A stretch of DNA of 64,000 nt from a virus (taxonomy: Duplodnaviria; Heunggongvirae; Uroviricota; Caudoviricetes), in the IMG/VR virus record IMGVR_UViG_3300021310_000004. One strand, given 5' to 3'. The notes beneath the pieces were generated by a model that worked only from the letters and a program-made list of their open reading frames with translations, ran no database searches and was not told where the DNA came from. This document shows positions 58,405 through 64,000 of the stretch, one piece after another. The translations under genes and the position numbers were made by a program. Every line of letters starts with the position of its first letter. Positions within the stretch are counted from its first letter, which is position 1.

Positions 58405-59193
58405 TTAGTTCATTTGTAGACTTGTTGCACCGGTGTTGTAATCAATATTGATGTACGGTTGAACATTGTGGCAGTACACACAGAAGCTTAATCCAGATCC
58501 GTTGTCATCCATGGAATACGCTTCCATTAATACGCCACGCGGGATTAATTCGTTACTTTCGTATACAGGCGTCACTCTGTACAAAACAGGGTTCCCTGTA
58601 TCTCGTACGTAATATAGTACCGTCTCTTCGAACTGCCACATACCTTCGATATTAAAATACCTGGTTCCTGTGATTAAATTCTCCGCGATATCTGGACCAC
58701 CAAGACTATGCGCGATTAAATGGCATCTATTATAAACGTATCCTCCATCGACAATTGATTCATCATACTTTTCTTGATCCCATCCTGGCGGATAAATGTT
58801 CGAAATGTCATCACGCTCGGTATCTGTTACCGTATCGCTTGATACAATTACTGTCGCCCCTATTGGACGGCCGTACTTATCAAACTGATATTTCGTATTT
58901 ACATTCGACGCGACTTCGGATGCTAAATATGGTACGTTGTCGTTTACGTACACAAATGCATCGCCGGAGTATTCGGGGCGAATAAAATCCGAACTTACTG
59001 TCGTAGTCTCTAACGCGTCTTGCTCCGTTTGATTTTCCACCGGTGTTTCATCATTTGACAATACGACCGGAAGAGGATTAGAGCTTAAACTGAACTCAGG
59101 GCCATGTTCCAACGCCAGATAACCCAATACCAGTGCCACAAACAATAAACTTCTTATAAAGCGTCTCGCTTTACGTTTTCTTTTAAATAACAT
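58405..59193 (-). CDS. secreted/membrane-anchored DNA/RNA non-specific endonuclease-like protein (EndA/NucA-like)
   Basis: N-terminal basic/TM anchor; NRCHLIAHSLGG resembles the (D/N)RGH nuclease motif; ATGAAAGGAG RBS. Confidence 0.35.
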   Translation of the reverse strand: MLFKRKRKARRFIRSLLFVALVLGYLALEHGPEFSLSSNPLPVVLSNDETPVENQTEQDALETTTVSSDFIRPEYSGDAFVYVNDNVPYLASEVASNVNTKYQFDKYGRPIGATVIVSSDTVTDTERDDISNIYPPGWDQEKYDESIVDGGYVYNRCHLIAHSLGGPDIAENLITGTRYFNIEGMWQFEETVLYYVRDTGNPVLYRVTPVYESNELIPRGVLMEAYSMDDNGSGLSFCVYCHNVQPYINIDYNTGATSLQMN

Positions 59194-59264
59194 AAAAACT
59201 CCTTTCATAGATATATTATCGTACTTAAATATGGTACGAATCTAACATATGAAAGGAGTATGTA

Positions 59265-59744
59265 TTAGCAGCTCTGAATAATTCTGTTGATCTCCTGCTC
59301 TAAAGCTGCAGTTGCATATTCAACACTTGCACACGGAATAGATGTTGTTACCAAATAAAAATTCATAACAGCATCGTGAATCTCCTGCTGCACCTTTGGA
59401 GTACGCTTCTTAAAATCCGGATCGATCATTGGAATCAACATAAGAGATACTACACGTTCCATCTCAGAATCATCTCGTGCTACTTGATTCTTTTCTTCCT
59501 CCTCTTTTCGAGCCATTGCGTCGGACGTCATTGTCTCCACCAGCTTACGTACGACGTCTGATGCAATCTTTGCGATTTCATTCATTCTAGCAGCTTTTGC
59601 GTGCGCAACAATAATCTGATTCAACTCATCCTCTGTAAAAATGGATGTATCTACTCCATAAGTTGCGGTAATGTCCGCCAGAATAGCTTTCATTGCCAAC
59701 TCTCTCTGTGTATTCTTTTCTTCATTTGCATTATAAACGATCAT
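59265..59744 (-). CDS. hypothetical protein
   Basis: AAGGAGAGACGAAT-ATG. Confidence 0.45.
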   Translation of the reverse strand: MIVYNANEEKNTQRELAMKAILADITATYGVDTSIFTEDELNQIIVAHAKAARMNEIAKIASDVVRKLVETMTSDAMARKEEEEKNQVARDDSEMERVVSLMLIPMIDPDFKKRTPKVQQEIHDAVMNFYLVTTSIPCASVEYATAALEQEINRIIQSC

Positions 59745-59775
59745 ATTCGTCTCTCCTTATTTCTGTTGATGTAAT

Positions 59776-59820
59776 AAATATGAAACCGTTTTTTGGAAAC
59801 TAAACATATTACATATTTAA
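59776..59820. promoter_or_regulatory. divergent class B promoter region
   Basis: TAAATATG-N7-TTTTGGAAACTAAA (minus-sense) and ACATATTTAAAAC (plus-sense). Confidence 0.45.
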
Positions 59821-59858
59821 AACAAGAACTAATTGTTAGCATGAAGGGAGAAAATAAC

Positions 59859-60260
59859 ATGAAGTTACTAAAAGCTGTTCACGAATTACAGAGATTACAT
59901 TGCAACATCAATGAAGACGAAATTGTTTTGCAGCAGGATGATGAGCACATGATAGTCGCATCACAGGCGTTTATTTACGTGCCAGAGTACAACATAGCAT
60001 TATTTGATATGATGTTTCTTGCAAGAAACGATTATGGTGAGTATGAGCCTGATTGGAGCGGAACCGCTATTTATCAAGATGGTAATATGGTTGGTTACGA
60101 ATCATCTGACATCTTAACATCGTTTCATAATTTTGCGACTCATACTGGAATATCTATCTGTGGTATTGATGACGCTTATATCACGGATGACTACCAGGCG
60201 GTTACAAAGAATGTATTGTCTTCTGAAAACGAAACTTTCGATGCATTGATGGCTATGTAA
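59859..60260 (+). CDS. hypothetical protein (start refined to MKLLKAV)
   Basis: GAAGGGAG RBS. Confidence 0.45.
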   Translation: MKLLKAVHELQRLHCNINEDEIVLQQDDEHMIVASQAFIYVPEYNIALFDMMFLARNDYGEYEPDWSGTAIYQDGNMVGYESSDILTSFHNFATHTGISICGIDDAYITDDYQAVTKNVLSSENETFDALMAM

Positions 60261-60274
60261 CAGGTTTGCTTACG

Positions 60275-60312
60275 TGCAAAAAAAAAGAGGTTCCAATGGA
60301 GCCTCTTTTTTC
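60275..60312. terminator. bidirectional terminator (GAGGTTCCaatGGAGCCTC flanked by A/T runs)
   Basis: between convergent genes. Confidence 0.55.
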
Positions 60313-60314
60313 TT

Positions 60315-63300
60315 TTACTTTATGCGATTATCATCTTTGTGCGGAACTGCTTCTTTATAATTGTTATAAATAGAGTTGACATCAGCGGTGTGTATACCAG
60401 CTGCCGGAACTACGTCTGGTATTGGCTCTAATGTTTTTGACGCAGGCATCTCATGGTCATATTTCGTTCTAGAGTCTCTAATATAGACCACTTTCCCAGG
60501 TGGAATCATAACAGTATTACCATCTCTATCTGGTTGTGGAAGAGGTTTTGTCGTTTTGTTAGGGTAATAGTGTCCGACGCCTGATCTCTTTTCTCCAGTT
60601 GTCACCATATCTTTGTAGCCGATTATTATTCTAACCTGAGCTTTACTCATATTTTCGTTACCGTTTTTTAGTTCATTATATGCTTTGAACAAAGTGTCCA
60701 TTTCAGATTGTGTAATAAATGCGTACGCCTTATATCCACCATGAGTTTCCGCTTCCCATGACTGGAGCCCCTTTACAGCATTTTCATATGCTTGAAACTT
60801 TTCTTTAAGGGAATCGTAATCAGCTTGTTCACCAATACCACCAACCGTTTTGTATGGGCTCGCATTTAAAGCGTCGTTCCATTTTTTTGACGCATCTTCT
60901 ACGGCCTTAATCTTTTCGTAACGTTCTAAGGCGATTTTATCAGCCTCAATTAAAGCGGTTGCATTCTGAGAATAAATTGTCTTTGTATCATCAGCATATG
61001 TTCCATCGGAATCGATATGGCCACCACTTTTTATAACTCCGGCGTTTTGGAACGCACTAAACTGATTATTAAATGCGGTACCAGCTGCAATCTCATCCTT
61101 ATATTTCTTAGGAACAAATAAGCCGGTATCCTCATTTCTACGTTTCCACATCTGGAACGATTCATAATATGATGAACAAATAATGTACGAAACGTTTGTC
61201 GTACTTACCATTCCGTCCGAATCATATGAATATTCCGTTTGTGTATGCTGCACGCCGCCCGAATTCGTAAGCTCAAAAATATTTCGATTTTTCAGCGATT
61301 CTTCTGTAGAGCGATTGTGCGTAATTGACATTACATACGACGATCCAAACGATGGAAGCACACCATACTTATCATAGTGACGAATAAATAATGGCATCAG
61401 CTCATTGATAAACGTTGTGTCGTGCGCATTTGATGTCCATGTATCCCCGCCCTCGAAATAATCTTCATGATACCAAGAGTAATCGATTGAGTCTTTTCTT
61501 GTATCGGAATTGTTTGAAACAACATCTGTTGCATTAATCGGTTCGCCATCTACGGTACCCGAACTTACATAGAACTCAATCTTACCTTCTTCCCAACATG
61601 AATTATGAATGATTTCTGTTAGTTCGGCGACATGATAATCCGTCCATCCCTCGAAGTATGGGGTTGCCCCATATACTGGTTCTATAGTAAATCCCGTCTT
61701 TCTAACGGCATTCAATACACGGCTTGCATCAAAATCGCTTGTTGCGAAATAGCGGATTGCTCCACCAGATGCTGCGAATGAATTAGAATCTGCTGTAATA
61801 TCCTTACAGTATCCAACCCATTTGCTTCCATCGTAAATAAGTGGTACCACATTCTCAGACAAAACATCGATGTAGCTCTTATCAACTCCGTCGACATTTA
61901 CTGTCTTAGAACCGACACTGGTTAAATCTAGGTTACTCATCATGTTATTCTTTTGCTTTGCCTTAATAATGTTAATAGCATTTGTATTAGGGCAATAGAA
62001 TAAGATGTCGCCAGTTTTAAACTTCATTCGGCTCGTATTTAATGTATTACTTTCCTTATTAACAAAGAATGGTAAAGGCTTGGAATTAAAGAACATATCA
62101 TAGTCTTCGAATTCCAGCTGAACCCCATGATTCGATAAAATATATCGAACAAAATCACTTCCTGTTGTTCCAGTCGTATTGTCGCCTAATGTGTGATCTT
62201 TATTTCCGGTTCTAAAATAGCCATAACCAAATTTAGGTTCACTCTTTGCCGCTTCTATTGTTGCTAAAATTCCTGCTTCGTATCCATCTTGATTGCCGGT
62301 CTTTTCATTGAATTCTACTCCGGTAGTATTAGATAATCCAAGGTTTAAACTATCCGTACTAGAGAAAATAGAACCAACAGGCGCACTATTTTCACCTGAA
62401 TCATTTTGACCATCAGATACGCCACCAGCACCTGCTGCGTTTGGTCGAATTACCCATTGATAATCTTTGTAACTTATTGTTTGAGGCTCAATGCTTCGGC
62501 ATCCATCCGTTGTGCCGCAGGAATAAACCTTTCCATTTCCAGCGTAAATCTCCGTATGATTCCATCCTTCACTACCGATTCTAACTAAAATGTCACCAAC
62601 ACCAAGGTTTTGAATGCCGGAAAAACGGAATCCTTGAAATCCTGTATATGTTTTTCCCATAAGTTCGCCCGCTGTTGCAAAGCATGGTCTACCAACATCT
62701 GCCGAAGATGGTTCGTACAAATACAAACAAGTCGTAACGTATCCAGAGCAGTCTGGTCGAATTGTCATTGTTTGACCGTTTACGGTAATCGTTATCATCG
62801 GGTTGGCTCCGTAATCATAATACTCACAACCAGTTGATGCAATTGCAGCCTTCACATTTGTAACGACAGACATCCAGTCTTCTGGTGCGCATTCTACTGG
62901 CGCTGAAGCATATTCACCTGTTATGCCTTGTGGCGTTGTGATATCTTCTTGTTGATATATTTCATAGCACACGGCACTATCGCGCAACACATTTACATAA
63001 ATATGAGCAGCTTGATCCGTACCAGACTCATGCATAGTCCCATCAATGTCGCTGAACGAGTAATTATAGGTTCTTATTTTGTGCGTACGAGCATACATGT
63101 CCTTTGCGATGTCTTTCATTTCCTCGTACGAAAGCTCTTTGCCTGGATTGTGTTGCGCCTGAACCTCAATGGCCGCAAAGATCTCCTTATAGTTCTCTTT
63201 TGCACCGGACGGATACTGTACATCTGCAGTCGGATACTTTTGCATTTCGCCTTCAATCTTTGCTACAAAGTCATTATGTTCACCTTCGAGCATGGTAAAG

Positions 63301-64000
63301 AGTTTCTCGCTATACTCTTCCCACTTCTCCGCGTCTGTCGAAGCGAATCGTGATTGCTGTGTGAACATATCATGAATCGCGTGCATTGCTAAGTTCAGAA
63401 GGAATAGTATCAGCATGACACCAATAAAAATACCAAATGCCGTAAGCAATGCCTGTGCAATTGCAGAAAGAATTTCCGCAATCTTCGCAAAAAGTTGTTG
63501 CAAGGCAGCTCTCAATTTTGCGAACAATTCTCCCAAAAGTTTAAACGGCTTTCCAATCTTTGAATTTAAAAATACCGCCTTTCTTGCTGCACGTTTTGCG
63601 GCCTTTTTTGCAAGTCGCTTATTAATTGCCCTTCCAGCTCTTGTGGTTTCTCTAAACGCCTGCTTTGCAGCTTTATTTGCAGCCTTAAGCTCGTGCTTGG
63701 ACATCTTTCCCATTCTAAAGGCTAATTTATTATTCGCTAAAGTGGCCTTTTTCATAAAGTGTGTTCCGGCTTTTTCGAAACCTTTTAGAGCAAGTCGGTC
63801 TCCGAACGCTTGCATTTGAGCAATCTTTCGCGCGTAATACTTTGTCATAATACGAGACTTTAATGCGGTAAAAATTGGATTCGCTTTAAATAGTTTGCGT
63901 ACAGGTACAAGTTCAAACTTAGATGCGGCTTTTTGACCCAAATAAGCGCCTTTAAGTGAAACTTTACCACCTCGCGCCAGTTTTATAGCTTGTCCCGTCC
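60315..64000 (-). CDS. large virion-associated protein (tape-measure-like: N-terminal coiled coil + TM segment) with NlpC/P60- or CHAP-like cysteine peptidase domain; 5' end lies beyond the window
   Basis: reading frame stays open to position 64000; RPDCSGYVTTCLYL...NHTEIYAGNG Cys/His peptidase motif; Lys/Ala-rich coiled coil and hydrophobic segment at N-terminus. Confidence 0.5.
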   Translation of the reverse strand, partial: TGQAIKLARGGKVSLKGAYLGQKAASKFELVPVRKLFKANPIFTALKSRIMTKYYARKIAQMQAFGDRLALKGFEKAGTHFMKKATLANNKLAFRMGKMSKHELKAANKAAKQAFRETTRAGRAINKRLAKKAAKRAARKAVFLNSKIGKPFKLLGELFAKLRAALQQLFAKIAEILSAIAQALLTAFGIFIGVMLILFLLNLAMHAIHDMFTQQSRFASTDAEKWEEYSEKLFTMLEGEHNDFVAKIEGEMQKYPTADVQYPSGAKENYKEIFAAIEVQAQHNPGKELSYEEMKDIAKDMYARTHKIRTYNYSFSDIDGTMHESGTDQAAHIYVNVLRDSAVCYEIYQQEDITTPQGITGEYASAPVECAPEDWMSVVTNVKAAIASTGCEYYDYGANPMITITVNGQTMTIRPDCSGYVTTCLYLYEPSSADVGRPCFATAGELMGKTYTGFQGFRFSGIQNLGVGDILVRIGSEGWNHTEIYAGNGKVYSCGTTDGCRSIEPQTISYKDYQWVIRPNAAGAGGVSDGQNDSGENSAPVGSIFSSTDSLNLGLSNTTGVEFNEKTGNQDGYEAGILATIEAAKSEPKFGYGYFRTGNKDHTLGDNTTGTTGSDFVRYILSNHGVQLEFEDYDMFFNSKPLPFFVNKESNTLNTSRMKFKTGDILFYCPNTNAINIIKAKQKNNMMSNLDLTSVGSKTVNVDGVDKSYIDVLSENVVPLIYDGSKWVGYCKDITADSNSFAASGGAIRYFATSDFDASRVLNAVRKTGFTIEPVYGATPYFEGWTDYHVAELTEIIHNSCWEEGKIEFYVSSGTVDGEPINATDVVSNNSDTRKDSIDYSWYHEDYFEGGDTWTSNAHDTTFINELMPLFIRHYDKYGVLPSFGSSYVMSITHNRSTEESLKNRNIFELTNSGGVQHTQTEYSYDSDGMVSTTNVSYIICSSYYESFQMWKRRNEDTGLFVPKKYKDEIAAGTAFNNQFSAFQNAGVIKSGGHIDSDGTYADDTKTIYSQNATALIEADKIALERYEKIKAVEDASKKWNDALNASPYKTVGGIGEQADYDSLKEKFQAYENAVKGLQSWEAETHGGYKAYAFITQSEMDTLFKAYNELKNGNENMSKAQVRIIIGYKDMVTTGEKRSGVGHYYPNKTTKPLPQPDRDGNTVMIPPGKVVYIRDSRTKYDHEMPASKTLEPIPDVVPAAGIHTADVNSIYNNYKEAVPHKDDNRIK

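Overview
The window appears to come from a large tRNA-rich phage or phage-plasmid of a low-GC Gram-positive (Clostridia-like) host. This is inferred from the DUF4314/DUF4317 proteins, AGGAGG-type ribosome-binding sites and a Gram-positive lipoprotein signal. Almost all genes are on the minus strand, and standard code is used (the integrase ends in TAG).

Main content:
- A plus-strand DUF4314-XerD-like tyrosine recombinase operon sits beside a 600-bp GC-richer noncoding region full of iteron-like repeats.
- An HflK/HflC-like SPFH pair.
- A PP-lambda-like phosphoesterase.
- A minus-strand tRNA mega-cluster at 10.67-15.68 kb with 25-28 tRNAs, plus two smaller tRNA/ncRNA islands at 34.1-37.2 kb and 41.3-46.9 kb containing long duplicated structured blocks.
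- A flap endonuclease, two HNH endonucleases and a RuvC-like resolvase.
- A contiguous NAD+ salvage module (HAD hydrolase, NadE, PncB, NMNAT, PncA, Nudix), plus a Zn-finger/KptA(Tpt1)-like ADP-ribosyltransferase-fold protein.
- Two PAPS-reductase-like PP-loop proteins.
- A Bro-N antirepressor-like protein, a GNAT, a DUF4317 protein and a MYG1-like hydrolase.
- A ParM-like actin.
- An EndA-like secreted nuclease.
- The C-terminal 1.2 kaa of a tape-measure/peptidase virion protein that runs off the window end.

Most interesting locus (48.36-51.27 kb): a TnpB-family protein that looks nuclease-dead (RuvC-II Glu replaced by Asn; no zinc finger or RuvC-III) lies next to two CRISPR-like mini-arrays. 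Each array has four 37-nt repeats and 28-31-nt unique spacers (66-bp period) and is followed by a conserved 105-nt tail. Together they bracket a 150-aa cargo gene.

Two families of conserved upstream motifs, presumably phage promoter classes, recur throughout: class A (11 copies, bipartite TAATACGTATCATTG-N8-TTTTGTGACAAAA) and class B (more than 20 copies, CATATTTAA(TTCGTAAC) with an ATGAAAGGAGA ribosome-binding context, sometimes preceded by TTTAGTTTCCAAAA).
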